From assembly GCA_004431415.1 (NCBI GenBank), contig QPMI01000645.1, forward strand, positions 1 through 64,000: a stretch of 64,000 bases of DNA, read 5' to 3'. Below, one piece after another: positions 48,201-56,400 of the stretch. The notes below the pieces were generated by a model. It worked only from the letters and a program-made list of their open reading frames with translations. It was not told the DNA's origin and made no database searches. The position numbers and the translations under genes are program-made. The DNA comes from Cyanophora paradoxa CCMP329 (Eukaryota; Plantae; Glaucophyta). The stretch's first letter is position 1. Each line of letters opens with the position of its first letter.

Positions 48201-49327
48201 GCGTGATCGTGTCCGCATTCGAGCACCCTTTCCGCCAGCTGCGTTTCGGAGAAGGGCCCCAGCGTCGACCAACACTCTCGCAACGCGCGGGCGTCGGCTT
48301 CTTCGGGAAGCGCGCCTCTTCGGATTCCGCGCAGGCAGGAGACAGTAGTGAGGACGATCGGCCCGCTCCGCCAGCAACGCCATGGCGAAGCACGCGTGCA
48401 CATCGACGAGTCCTTCGGCTGGCGGCAGCAAACCCCGCAGCCCGCCAGATGCAGCTCCTACATCCCAATTCGATCACGACGAGCGCGGACCCCGAGTTTG
48501 TCTTCCACCCTGCGAGCCTCCCTCTCCTCACACGGGTGCTGGCGGTGCACACGGACGACGCGGGCACACCGACGACCACCGTATCGCCGGTGGTGGAGGC
48601 GTTGGCCAAAGAGCTCGCAGAGGGCATCTCGCGCACAGTCGGAGGAGAGGTGGGCAAGCTGCTGGCGGAGAGGCTCGTCGCGAGCGCCGTGAAGCGCGAT
48701 CAGAACGCCTGGATGGACCGCCTCCAGGCGACACGACTGCTGGTGGAGTGTGGAATCGCGGCGTTGGGGGCGAACGGGTGGGCCAAGGAGAGCATCCTGA
48801 TCAAGGTCATCGTGGACTCCGGGGCGGAGGTGGATGTCTTGGACGGCAGTGTGGCTGAGATGATCCCCGGCCTCACCTACCTCAACGAGCGCGTGCCCCT
48901 CGTCGGCTTCCAGTCGAACATCACGACGTATGGCCGCACGGCACACGTGGTTCTGACGTTGGGCCCGGTCCGCCTCGCGCGGACAGTCGTCGTCACGTCG
49001 CCGAACTCCATGGGCGATGTCAAGATGCTGCTCGGCTTGTCGACCCTCATCGCGCTCCGCGCTCAGATCAGCTGCGCACCGGAGATGTGGGGCATGCACA
49101 TCACCTCGCCGGACGACCAGGAGAACCACTTCGTCCCTTTTCGTCCTCGGACCGAACCGGAGGGGCCGTTCCGGTCCGCCTTCTCCGTCCCCTCTACGTA
49201 CCAAGAGGCGAAGCCTTCGTACGGTGCCATGTGCCGGACCTGCGGAGCCAGCTTCCGGTTCAGCAAGACGAAGTCCGCATCACAGCGTTCGGCTCGCCCG
49301 ACGCGGACCCGCTTGACTCAGCTGTAG
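36230..49327 (+). CDS. ORF1 part 2: CCHC zinc knuckle - ~4,100 aa unknown region - retropepsin aspartic protease
   Basis: CYNCGKEGHVAARC at 36320-36361, in the same frame as the 4326-aa ORF. Protease IKVIVDSGAEVDVL (DSG at ~48815) ... KMLLGLSTLIALRAQI. No stop codon over 13 kb. Confidence 0.9.
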   Translation, partial: WQQHAGGANRNTGRPGGGGGRRDDPRGPLVCYNCGKEGHVAARCPDPPRERRGGGDYRAVQPPAQANYAATGANATPTAPAQPPISQEQVNSMLQVVQAALLNKAGTNAVAANTPEAEALCREVIRQYLQRMAEEKLTGSERRRRRRAAREAVDATAAGAEQLELRTASWEDDGRMERQSDGTPSSNWATPAGSSGSASPMSTGTPRGREPMVTDGAAAGLAQTAQPDGTCDDATDPLHGPETATVNGAAVGLAQTAQPDTTPVNTAATETGPTDPASELARNAQSESAPLSTFFTSVLERARRSFAALHIRLQGEAVMPEEERTAARQEREEDDPGSGSEDAENDSLDGGPLRLRGGGGSNTPTPDGGDDAFNSEAVQDVIDPMPPLTALPAPVPLGPGQIELLGVAVDPAEMAAAEEQDDPPPLWRSDDEARGDPDSDDDLYPPTGTYPNGYDSDCSSTAYYPTTMLDIELADARAAAARRGVTVEQHLAEQLAEAEAALDRPQSPSDVWAGVAARMSPGSERAPGSISTYVDEWLLGIAMTTEANPAADTATPATPAAATVLRARARLLAGRAIADRAARHRTDARDTQRELQGDATARDDVADQVHDGLMQPAVLRLIAQEAARRVIGARAVDRGTTYQAAQQTIRGDVTAERELTEAVLADLRQWRQTGAAAEATAAVTEACNTPMLYTVYDTTSGFLNPPQQTPTLIAPPARLLHPGVMPFGSSSGTSTGLYDRTVEDVLAMQLAGLLDADGQPTATADADRDQTRETDAAEVPYTPTFAEGRTRVEIIANLLRAVENRLETMPPPPPLPHMPPIHYVDDEAIIQGQAETIVDAIIATLRHRVDDPRTELRRRLGDELSRWTGGPYIVYHNRGQIARLHAAFLRALDRIAIMQQCRPPPPPRPRHESDDDEDDLNGFGPSDAATKSNAGRTAQTTATTASGSGRRRPSPLEEVDPLETLLEVFYQAKLAVHATTDAPDTAGTVLRLRGGAGKRTRSTAGISSGEDDPPRQRPNRPPTPAVTDPALGLAQSAQAVMTTASAEAAELQRVEKLAPAGEQCLMTAEAAETQRAEGAETPPATDPTFGLAQSVQAVTAASATEEDAKALAPAGERCPTAAEAAETQRAEGAETPPATDPTFGLAQSVQAVTAASATEEDAKALAPAGERCPTAAEAAETQRAEGAETPPATDPTLGLAQSVQAVTAASAMEEDAKALAPAGERCPTAAEAAETQRAEGAETPPATDPTFGLAQSVQAVTAASATEEDAKAFQLAPAGERCPTAAEAAETQRAEGAETPPATDPTLGLAQSVQAVTAASAMEEDAKALAPAGERCPTAAEAAETQRAEGAETPPATDPTFGLAQSVQAVTAASATEEDAKALAPVGERCPTAAEAAETQRAEGAETPPATDPTLGLAQSVQAVTTEATAAEPGGDVVTTPPPDAPQEHTYSPNSPSHPDHPMNITRMEIDSPSEHTHDEAEHTWEANYRRRLKTGQTINNDTRYRALAEYTMDKYGVPRSSNVRRQVADGLMRNMDPPPRTAPAHQALHPGNAELIAELTRADAGELLNAHAGPIDERWLGLWGRLTSDGRWRLLQWTAMERNVDTATLAAQEHRERAAKFAEIQAAGGGRRMQEVERGEEPRAWETTVAADVARAYAVHRGIDKEMSTAGIGDGNVEEALRSLSSREAGYYRVVSRAVFTMLGTNTVWNPQWITGGRPGGPPPTHLPRSMRPKERSMMDYEFTNPSQEEGVRERQIWQHLAPLMEAVKPWVGLTDTARFGALAAEADKRRVSVEQLPDILIEEWGQLCDLARQAGYLRWERVATGADNPRHQHVAVADIFVQTLDLLGRLDHERDRYHPGQPWFKVFRALAAEEAGYGKGRRARELYEQLATLRDSVTGRAETETLLKMYRGENGWDGWQYRLPHATASVEFSTVYTSRDLNKTRTGERPYIDRDLTEPFRMDTELPRRDFSIWMARQSRYVRDGKSLPSPPLSRHWGEGAYGTDKESLVVTTQVEVQAALLHAKLPQFRRAMAALIMTGFSGFVDPFVEAPERRCSGEISDAAWRDSARQGLSCLGHDSLLALFGVEMREIGHFTNAVDSIMPTLVALGIELGRRLNGERQRRGRGAPIQFDTGLLEKALTSQAMDEAVEEATRYVMLAAATMETPPALEECPDAEVALRLRTHAITCGLSLFLAARDPRAEGGLQCPRTLWDSKGSEVEWVDVLNTNRAFDYDLPDGFLVTFLVEICESFLTVARYARTIDGRTPTIASVAAAEDNESRALFTRTRPSLRTGRTNVNLEALSWSTAFRTALGFTGKAHLFCDLMEELLYVNAMAVDVPFRLVDGDLRDGARREAIATYLRQRRVIPVHYRFVSRESKTRAIVHLTYSAGLARLRRDHNVIRDSIAMLAIELHNDREEGNKPNAAFSWAPQPPQAPMHLAIHDPDVTWYAAPFQSTPFILGRRGENLRLVPIAVAMTSLRTLLLRTVTERLRESMTTAIATATGESDPHSAKAQQAVRVLTSWIMEMAASPFKAYTVAMIVGHPMQFFTLLRTLHREQLQHGNEGLQRYPLTPNRQLPVVMQGRRQDWERNIPLHHLPVRSAKPGAWPYYAGANAFGLPTVMEGEMNETERRVIVHFALRPAPNVAGPSGGSATTVATLSPPQDARPESAAVALVASGDPARINTSRRPAKPHEVTAVDMLLHGGPLAQAVGKQLQHGDGALTADDRAIQQDLFVPTPLPRHDVDTDPLLLRDQPASGYFHYTTWRRLHERAEPVDGAIAAAFESQRARAPRIQGRLFQQAMGQLLGQPTGPRARPGEERAGAPSARPLAEAPQRRRRRQQPQPEDQPWERYDALGRVCINGDELTLFTDVKAGTTALQSRFEYRAPTRTALAWQHPSHPTSAEELTTDHGSVFDPARDDDIHATMVFEVQLPTTTERHWLGTDDGTGHDLLLGFSHVPDPHRELTAVAHLASCFATTALRVHLAFPLVAWLLNALTGLPTSVEAAAHSCNLPTGLGAYDILMVRETKLRQYVCASDTLRAVMMREIAVWYNAGTMLSRVVAFLQDFNKPGVLNRHDWPCSTELEFQTADPRQVHVAPQIYPCFLGDVCVHPVPSEHFEHYSPTNPQRTPLEPDVGREMFPIDLQNEVMPPARVTLSSKTREGQQRFQQYAVQQNAFTQRLLGLREERSEFPAALTSFGHFVGAHGVIVSVGSCVNSQTRDELYEQGGVTERQARRCPRHPEVFAVLGFRREVVRAQISSGFILAAVMQLHASNPRLSTPMPAEVADHIQQRCCYMTGYPAYVEAVPEATESDMCDGTYHVQPALMNFLTRHGFTCPEPSVFAESIRLGIMQAATFFRGFRFYKPRRPVDPCTLDNMIAVPVMRAFTITADGDGNQQTHVDASQLEEVADRFALIFDRWWSMGEAHEGAALDPLHTSLFPILLDEMLQGENSALWTEFTTWLRDAYGDEALHITHAGPLVYHEAQAGPEGHPEGVAEDTSLRLRATNPLPYYLHSAPKRRGDAFIDCSLVGSGARELADYTVWIALPPEPEAGGTGDDDDDGADGGDGGQGGSGRGPRRRRAGRTQRPPPSTDETSSQAPTSATSEGSKRARTRMGRKLQRRLAASAKATVGTTGGAPTASSTTDSTYGGSTSTTTASSAATTMSSSASVYSSETGDTASSVYVTAPSESEAATTAPRRVARALIPTSLRAIAKYMLSIDYTDLQFVTFLQTATRWTKYHGSGQLLLLAGAGASTTGEGGAWYDRDFVTQVDAIDWTSLRLSHSLVYTRMIHLAAYIARRTARWAVDGTDSRSAARKLEVHRQAVFYVTVVSNACGRTTRETLLAKRVPRLVPAAACIDLPKEAALTAPDTVTWYTKRILSVTPLEFDGIVSQLCTFINACTDASCALPCDVQNPVCVATVDRRLVARMYEGRTPEAELRRIPDLIHEVQSDLTVLQGLYETTQRIQKELGRPARNSDLALELAVKECVIVSAFEHPFRQLRFGEGPQRRPTLSQRAGVGFFGKRASSDSAQAGDSSEDDRPAPPATPWRSTRAHRRVLRLAAANPAARQMQLLHPNSITTSADPEFVFHPASLPLLTRVLAVHTDDAGTPTTTVSPVVEALAKELAEGISRTVGGEVGKLLAERLVASAVKRDQNAWMDRLQATRLLVECGIAALGANGWAKESILIKVIVDSGAEVDVLDGSVAEMIPGLTYLNERVPLVGFQSNITTYGRTAHVVLTLGPVRLARTVVVTSPNSMGDVKMLLGLSTLIALRAQISCAPEMWGMHITSPDDQENHFVPFRPRTEPEGPFRSAFSVPSTYQEAKPSYGAMCRTCGASFRFSKTKSASQRSARPTRTRLTQL
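39307..40505 (+). repeat. Coding tandem repeat, 162 bp / 54 aa, about 7 copies
   Basis: ATDPT(F/L)GLAQSVQAVTAASA(T/M)EEDAKALAPAGERCPTAAEAAETQRAEGAETPP; period 162 (39481, 39643, 39805...), one unit has 6 extra bp. Confidence 0.93.
49135..49195 (+). promoter_or_regulatory. Predicted -1 programmed ribosomal frameshift signal (slippery heptamer plus H-type pseudoknot)
   Basis: C CCT TTT (49135-49141) in ORF1 phase; 6-nt spacer; stem CGGACCG/CGGTCCG (49148-54/49172-78); loop GGAGGGG (49159-65) pairs with CCCCTCT (49189-95); pol is in the -1 frame. Confidence 0.8.
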
Positions 49328-50944
49328 TACCTCGGGGCGACGAGACGCCCCTACTCCCTCCTTCCTTCACTGTCCCCACCCAACTCTGGTCACACGCCTC
49401 CCGAACCCCCCGCCACCTCCACGTTCATATCTGTAACCCTACACGCAAACCGCTCCACCTTTCGGAGGGTACGATCATCGGCTACGCTGAATTCGGGCAC
49501 TGGGAAGAGGGCGAGTTCACGCCAGACTCCACGCCCTTCCCCTCGGGCCCGTCCTCCACGTGGACCGACGATCAGCGACGGGCGGCTGCACGGCGAATCC
49601 TGCAGGCGGCGCGACCTGTGGTGGTCCGTCGGCGCGTCGGCCCGAAGCACTTCCGCCGAGTCGCCCGGCAACGGTGGCCAGAATGTTTCAAGCGCCCGGA
49701 CACCAACAGCGGTGAACAGGAGCAAACACCGCTTACGGCCGACGAGGTCCAGGAACTCGACGCCGCCCTCGACAAATGGTCCACGCGACTCGAGCGACAG
49801 ACGGGCGACGGGGCAGTTGAAGCCCGCGCTCACATCGCCGACTTGCGCTGTCTTGTACTCCGATGGCGAAGGGACAACCTGGACCCCGGGGGGCCGCAGT
49901 CGCCTCCAGCAGCAGTACGGCAAGCGACGATGAGTACGAATGCGATGGATCCGCCGACCTCCGACAAGCCTCCAGACGAGAAGTCACCCGAGGAGGCCTG
50001 GAAGGAGGCGCTCGAGGCGCTGCGAGCCGCCTCGCGGGCAGACGCGTTACCGGAGACGACCTCGTTCCAGGCGGAGCGGCTGACGGCCTTGCTCAGCCGC
50101 AACAAGCGTTCCTTCACCAACCGCCTGGACCCCCGGGATCTGCTCAAATTCGAGCACTCGCTACAGCTCCAGCCCGGAGTCGACAAGGTCAACCTGCCGC
50201 TGTACACTCACCCGCGTCGGATGTCACCGACAGCGGAAGAGGCTACACGGAAGGAGATCGAGAAGTTGCTGCGCGACGACTTGATCGAGCCCTCCCAGGC
50301 TGGCTATGGCTCCCCGGTGGTGCTGGCGCCGAAGAAGGACGGCACGCTACGGTTCTGCATCGACTATCGCAAACTGAATCTGCTGACGGAGCGCGACGTC
50401 TTCCCGCTCCCCCGCATCGACGACCAGCTCGAACGGCTGCGCAAGGCGCGCGTCTTTTCAACCTGTGATGCGACGTCAGGATTCTGGCAGCTTCCGCTCT
50501 CGGAGGAGTCGCGCAAGTACACGACGTTCATCGTCCCTTGGGGCATGTACCAGTGGAAAGTCACTCCATTCGGGATCACGAACGGGCCGTCGGCGTTCTG
50601 CAGGGCTATCTCGTCGATCATGGGACCGCTTCTCTCGACCTGCGTGGTCGCGTACGTCGATGACCTGACCATCTTCTCCTCCACGGTCGACCAGCACCTC
50701 ATCGACCTGGAGGCCTTCTTCGCCGCCGTGGAACGCGGGAACCTCAAACTGAAGCCGAGCAAGTGCCGCTTCATGGTCCGCGAAATCGAGCTCCTGGGAC
50801 ACCGCGTCTCCGGAGAAGGCGTACGGAAGGACAAGAAGAAGATGGACATGATCGCCAAGTGGCCCGAACCGTCAACCCCGGAGAACCTCCACTCTTTCGT
50901 CGGCCTCACGGGTTACTACCGACGCTTCGTCCGCAACTACGCCC
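49141..50944 (+). CDS. pol: pol part 1: spacer plus Ty3/gypsy reverse transcriptase, interrupted by insertion 2
   Basis: GSPVVLAPKKDGTLRFCIDYRKLN...FPLPRIDD...D ATSGFWQ...PFGITNGPS...AYVDDL (YVDD at 50653)...SFVGLTGYYRRFVRNYA. Confidence 0.95.
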
Positions 50945-53444
50945 TTTACGCCTCGCTTCATTCGAATGCAGAAGACCTAGCTATCTTACGCCTGACACTA
51001 CTTAGCTAGATGCACGGGATAGCGCATCGGGTTGGGCCCTGAGGTACGGCAGCTCAAGGCTGCTTTCCCGGGAACCACGTATCATAATACGTTGGCGATC
51101 GACCAGGGCGGATCGCCGTATGCCATTCCGGCCTCGCCCTTGCGAGTTCCGGAACAAGAACTCTCCGGGGTAAGCGTGCTAGGCGCCTGTACCCCGGGGA
51201 GGGCCGTTGCGGGTCGAGACGGTGTACCCCGCTCGGGGGTACTCCGCTCGGGGCCGTCGCGGGGCCGATCGGGGTACCCCGCTCGGGGGTACACTTGATC
51301 GGGGCCGCTCTGACGCCGTACCCCTCTCCGGGGTACGCGTTCGGCCTCGGGCCGCGCCTTGTGGGGCCGGTTGGGGCGAACGGCGTACCCCGGGGAGGGG
51401 TACGCGGTTTCTTCCGGGTTCGGGGATCCGAAGCCGGGTACCGCCGCCGGAGGCCGCGGGGGTGAGCGTAGCGAACGCAGCACGAATGCAGTACCCCTAC
51501 CACACGCGTAGCGTGCCCGTCGTCCGCAGACGACCATGAGACCAAGGAGTCGTACAACGTACGACAACCGAGGCTCATCAAAACCAACAGGACTCCGAAT
51601 CATGCGCGAAGTCTCCCCCGCGCCGGGGCGGCAGACTCGAAAACCAGCAAGTTACCGCGGGAAAACCGCGTAACGGTCATGCGCGCTGGACCCCGGCTCG
51701 GCACCCACGGGTCCAGAGGAAAACAGGGTAAAACCCAGCGGGGAAAACTCGAGATTCTCCACGAAGCCGCGCGACTGTTTCTTGGGGGCGCGCTGGACCC
51801 CGGCCCGGCACAAGTGGGCCCAGCGGACGCGCGTGGAAACACGAATGACGACCGGTACACCGAGTCTGCGCGGTTCGTGCCCGAATCTTCGACGGAACCA
51901 TTGTAAATTACCACGGATCAGCTGTGCACGACCACGTCCGCGCTGGTGGCCGGCACCGAGCGGGAGTAACATCCGGAACCGTGTGCACAGGAGACGGCAA
52001 GGAACCACGTATTATAATACCCTCGGCGAACGCTGGCGCTGGTCGCCGTATGCATTGCCTTTTTGCGCGAACTTTTCGCGGCGCCGGGGCTCGCTGGGTG
52101 GCGAGGTTCGGCGCCCCGGAAGGAAAAATCGCGGGGAGGTGGGCGGGAGCGATTTCGCTTCGCCGCTGGTCGCTTCGTGGCCTGGGGCGGCCGCGAGCGA
52201 AGCTGGGCGTGAAGGGAAACCCCGAATCAGCGTACCCCCCGGAGCTCGGCGGCTTCAAGCCCGCTGGCTCGGCCCAACGGCTAGCTCAGCTAGTCCCTTG
52301 AGGGGCGCTCGCAGCAGCCTGCTGCTAATCCCGTGCTCGCCTCGCGCCGCTTCCGCGGCTAGCGAGTCGCTCAGCTCTTTCGTGCCTGGCGCTCGGCTAC
52401 GGTCTTCTTTGTTCGCATTCCGTCGGCGCAAAACTCGATTTACGCATTGAGAGCGCAAATCCCGATTTACGCCTCGCTTCATTCGAATGCAGAAGACCTA
52501 GCTATCTTACGCCTGACACTACTTAGCTAGATGCACGGGATAGCGCATCGGGTTGGGCCCTGAGGTACGGCAGCTCAAGGCTGCTTTCCGGGAACCACGT
52601 ATCATAATACGTTGGCGATCGACCAGGGCGGATCGCCGTATGCCATTCCGGCCTCGCCCTTGCGAGTTCCGGAACAAGAACTCTCCGGGGTAAGCGTGCT
52701 AGGCGCCTGTACCCCGGGGAGGGCCGTTGCGGGTCGAGACGGTGTACCCCGCTCGGGGGTACTCCGCTCGGGGCCGTCGCGGGGCCGATCGGGGTACCCC
52801 GCTCGGGGGTACACTTGATCGGGGCCGCTCTGACGCCGTACCCCTCTCCGGGGTACGCGTTCGGCCTCGGGCCGCGCCTTGTGGGGCCGGTTGGGGCGAA
52901 CGGCGTACCCCGGGGAGGGGTACGCGGTTTCTTCCGGGTTCGGGGATCCGAAGCCGGGTACCGCCGCCGGAGGCCGCGGGGGTGAGCGTAGCGAACGCAG
53001 CACGAATGCAGTACCCCCTACCAAACAAGAGTCAGGTCACAGCCAGCCAGAATAGCATACATAAGGACAAAAGTGATCAAGAGGGTGAGGGTTGATCCAC
53101 CCTCCTCCTGCCCCCCCCCCTCTCTTTCCTCCTCCCCGCTACCCCAACGTGTCTCGGACGCTGAGCCCTATCCCCAGCGCACTGCGCTGTAGGAGGGACG
53201 GGCAGAGAGCGTGAATTCGGACAACAACATGGGCCGGGGCGGGCCAAGAAGCCCGAGGGAACGAGCCGGCACAGAAGGCTGGGGGGGTTCTCGTCGTACC
53301 CTATGGGACAGTCGACGAACCGGGGCGGCGCTTGATAGTTGCGCCGCCAGATCCCGCCGCCGACAAGTCATGCTGGGCGGTGCGGGCCAGGGGCGCGCTA
53401 CGGGTGGAGGGCGGGCAAGGCGGTCGCACTGCGCGTCGGCGTGA

Positions 53445-56400
53445 AGTCGCGCGAGGCCGTTACGGACCTCGGGGCCGCGGCGGAATCTAAAACCATCCCA
53501 GCCGGTGAGCACCGAAAGTGAGCCCACCACCGTCCTGCCCTGTGCAAGCAGGTTAGGCGGCGGAAGCGCGCCGCGTGGAGGTGTGGGGGCCGCAGAAGGC
53601 CGCGGGAGCAGTCGCGGGGCCTCAGGGCCTGGAGCGCCCGTGGGACAGCACCGTGGGCGAGCCAGCGGTCAGCCCACCCTGCGCCAGCAGGCGAAGCGGC
53701 GGCAGCGCGGGGCCGCGCGAGGCCGTGACGGACCCCGGGGCGGTGATGGGGCCATGAGCTCCAGCAGGAGAGCGCGGCTGGCGAGCCAGAGGCCGGCCCG
53801 CCCTGCGCAAGCAGGTTATGCGGCGGCGGCGGGTCGAGCGGCGGCGCGGGGCCGCGCGAGGTCGCTGCAGACCTCGGGGCGGGGGTGGAGCCTTGAGCTC
53901 CAGCCAGGAAGCGTCGCGGGCGAGCTAGAGGCCGGCCCGCCTTGCGTACGCAGGTCAGGCGGTGGTGGCGAGCCGAGCTGTGGCATGGGGCCGCGCGAGG
54001 TCGCCACGGACCTTGGGGCGGCGGCGGAGCTTTGAGTTCCAGTATGAGGCGCTGCGGGCGAGCCAGCGGCTGGCCGGGCCCGCCCTGCGCAAGCAGGTCA
54101 GGCGGCGGCGGCGAGCCGAGCGGCGGCGCGGGCCACGCGAGGTCGCAGTAGCCCTCGGTGTAGTGGCGGGCCTGGAGCTTCAGCCAGGGGGCCTTGCGGG
54201 CGAGCCAGGGGCCGGCCCGCCCTGCGCCAGCAGGTCGGGCGGAGGCGGCGGGTCGAGCGGCGGCGCGGGGCCGCGCGAGGCCGTGACGGACCGCGGGGCC
54301 GCGAAGGAGCCTTGAGCTCCAGCAGGGGGCGACGCGGGCGAGCCAGAGGCCGGCCCGCCCTGCGCAAGCAGGCGAGGCGGCGGCGGCGAGCCGAGCGGCA
54401 GTGCGGGGCCGTGCGAGGTCGCTGCAGACCTCGGGGCGGTGGTGGAGGCTTGAGCTCCAGCAGGAGAGCGCTGCTGGCGAGCCAGCGACCGGCCTGCCCC
54501 TTCGCGAGTAGGTCCGACGGCGGTAGCGGGTCGAGCGGCCGCGCGGGGCCGCGCAAGGCCGCTACGGACCTTCGGGCGGCGGCGGAGCTTTTAGCTACCG
54601 CAGGAGGCGCTGCGCGCGGTCCACCAGCCGGCCCGCCCTTGGGGCGGTGGCGGAGCCTTGAGCTCCAGCCAGGAAGCGTCCGACGGCCGCGGGCGGGCTA
54701 GGGGCCGGCCCGCCCTGTGCCAGCCAATCAGGCGGAGGCAGCGAGCTGGGCGGCGGCGCCGGGCCGCGCGAGGTCGCTGCAGACCTCGGGGAGGTGGTGG
54801 AGCCTTGAGCTCCAGCAGGAGCGCGGTGGGCGGGCCAGCGGCCGGCCGCCCTGCACCCGTAGGGCAGGCGGCGGCGGCAAGCCGGGTGGTGGAGTGGGGC
54901 CGTGCGAGGCCGTCAAGGACTTCGGGGCGGCGGTGGAGCCTTGGGCTCCAGCCGGAGAGCGCGGCGGACGAGCCAGCGGCCGGCCCGCCCTGCGCCAGCG
55001 GGTCAGGCAGTGGCGGTACGCCGAGCTGCAGCGCGGGGCCGCGCGAGGCCGTGACGGACCTCGGGGTAGCGGTGGAGCCCTGGGCTCCAGCTGGAGAGCG
55101 CGGCATGCGAGCCAGCGGCCGGCCCGCCCTGCGCAAGCAGGTCAGGCGGCGGCGGCGGGTCGAGCGGCGGCGCGGGGGCCGCGCAAGGCCGTGACGGACC
55201 TCGGGGCGGGGGCGGGGCCTGGGCTCCAGCCGGAGAGCGCCGCAGGCGAGCCAGCGGTCGGCCCGCCCTGCGCAAGCAGGTCAGGCGGCGGCGGCGGGTG
55301 GCGCGGCGGTGCGGGGCCGCGCGAGGTCGTTTTCGGACCTCGGGGCGGAGGTGGAGCCCTGGGCTCCAGCCGGGGAGCGCTGTATGCGAGCCAGCGGCCG
55401 TCCCGTCCTGCGCAAGCAGGTTATGCGGCGGCGGCGGTCGAGTGGTGGTGCAGGGCCGCATGAGGCCGTGAACGGACCTCGGGGCGGAGGTGGAGCCCAA
55501 GGGCTCCAGCCGGGGAGCGCGGCAGGCGAGCCAGCGGCCGGCCCGCCCTGCGCAAGCAGGCCAGGCGGCGGCGGTGGTCGAGCGGCAGCACGGGGCCGCG
55601 CGAGGCCGTGACGGACCTCGGGGCGGAGGTGGGGCCCTGGGCTCCAGCCGGGGAGCGCTGTATGCGAGCCAGCGGCCGGCCCGCCCTGTGCAGGCAGGTC
55701 AGGCAGTGGCGGTACGCCGAGCTGCAGCGCGGGGCCGCGCTAGGCCGTGACGGACCTCGGGGCGGCGGTGGAGACCAAGGCTCCGGCCGGGGAGGGCTGC
55801 ATGCGAGCCAGCGGCCGGCCCGCCCTGCGCAAGCAGGTTATGCGGCGGCGGCGGGTCGAGCGGCAGCGCGGGCCGCGCGAGGCCGTGACGGACCTCTGGG
55901 CGGAGGTGGAGCCCTGGACTCCAGTTGGGGAGCGCTGCATGCGAGCCAGCGGCCGGCCCGCCCTGCGCAAGCGGGTTATGCGGCGGCGGCGGGTCGAGCA
56001 GCAGCGCGGGGCTGCGCGAGGCCGTGATGGACCTCGGGGCGGAGGTGGAGCCCTGGGCTCCAGCCGGGAAGCGCTGCATACGAGCCAGCGGCCGGCCCGC
56101 CCTGCGCAAGCAGGGTATGCGGCGGCGGCGGGTCGAGCGGCAGCGCGGGTCGGGCGAGGCCGTGACGGACCTCGGGGCGGCGGTGGCGCCTTGAGCTCCA
56201 GCCGGGGGCGCTGCGGACGAGCCAGCGGCCGGCCCGCCCTGCGCGGGCAGGTTATGCGGCGGCGGCGTGTCGAGCGGCAGCACAGGGAGCGCGAGGCCGT
56301 GGCGGACCTCGGGCGGTGGTGGAGCCCTGGGCTCCAGCCGGGGAGCGCTGCATGCGCACCAGCGGCCGGCCCTGCGCAGGCAGGTTATGTGGCGGCGGCG

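Noticed and set aside
50945-51009. Natural C-termini of the RT ORF (LYASLHSNAEDL...) and of the gag ORF (SGFALSMRK..., 24670-24738)
   Set aside because: Both tails are read-through into the inserted element's terminal repeats.
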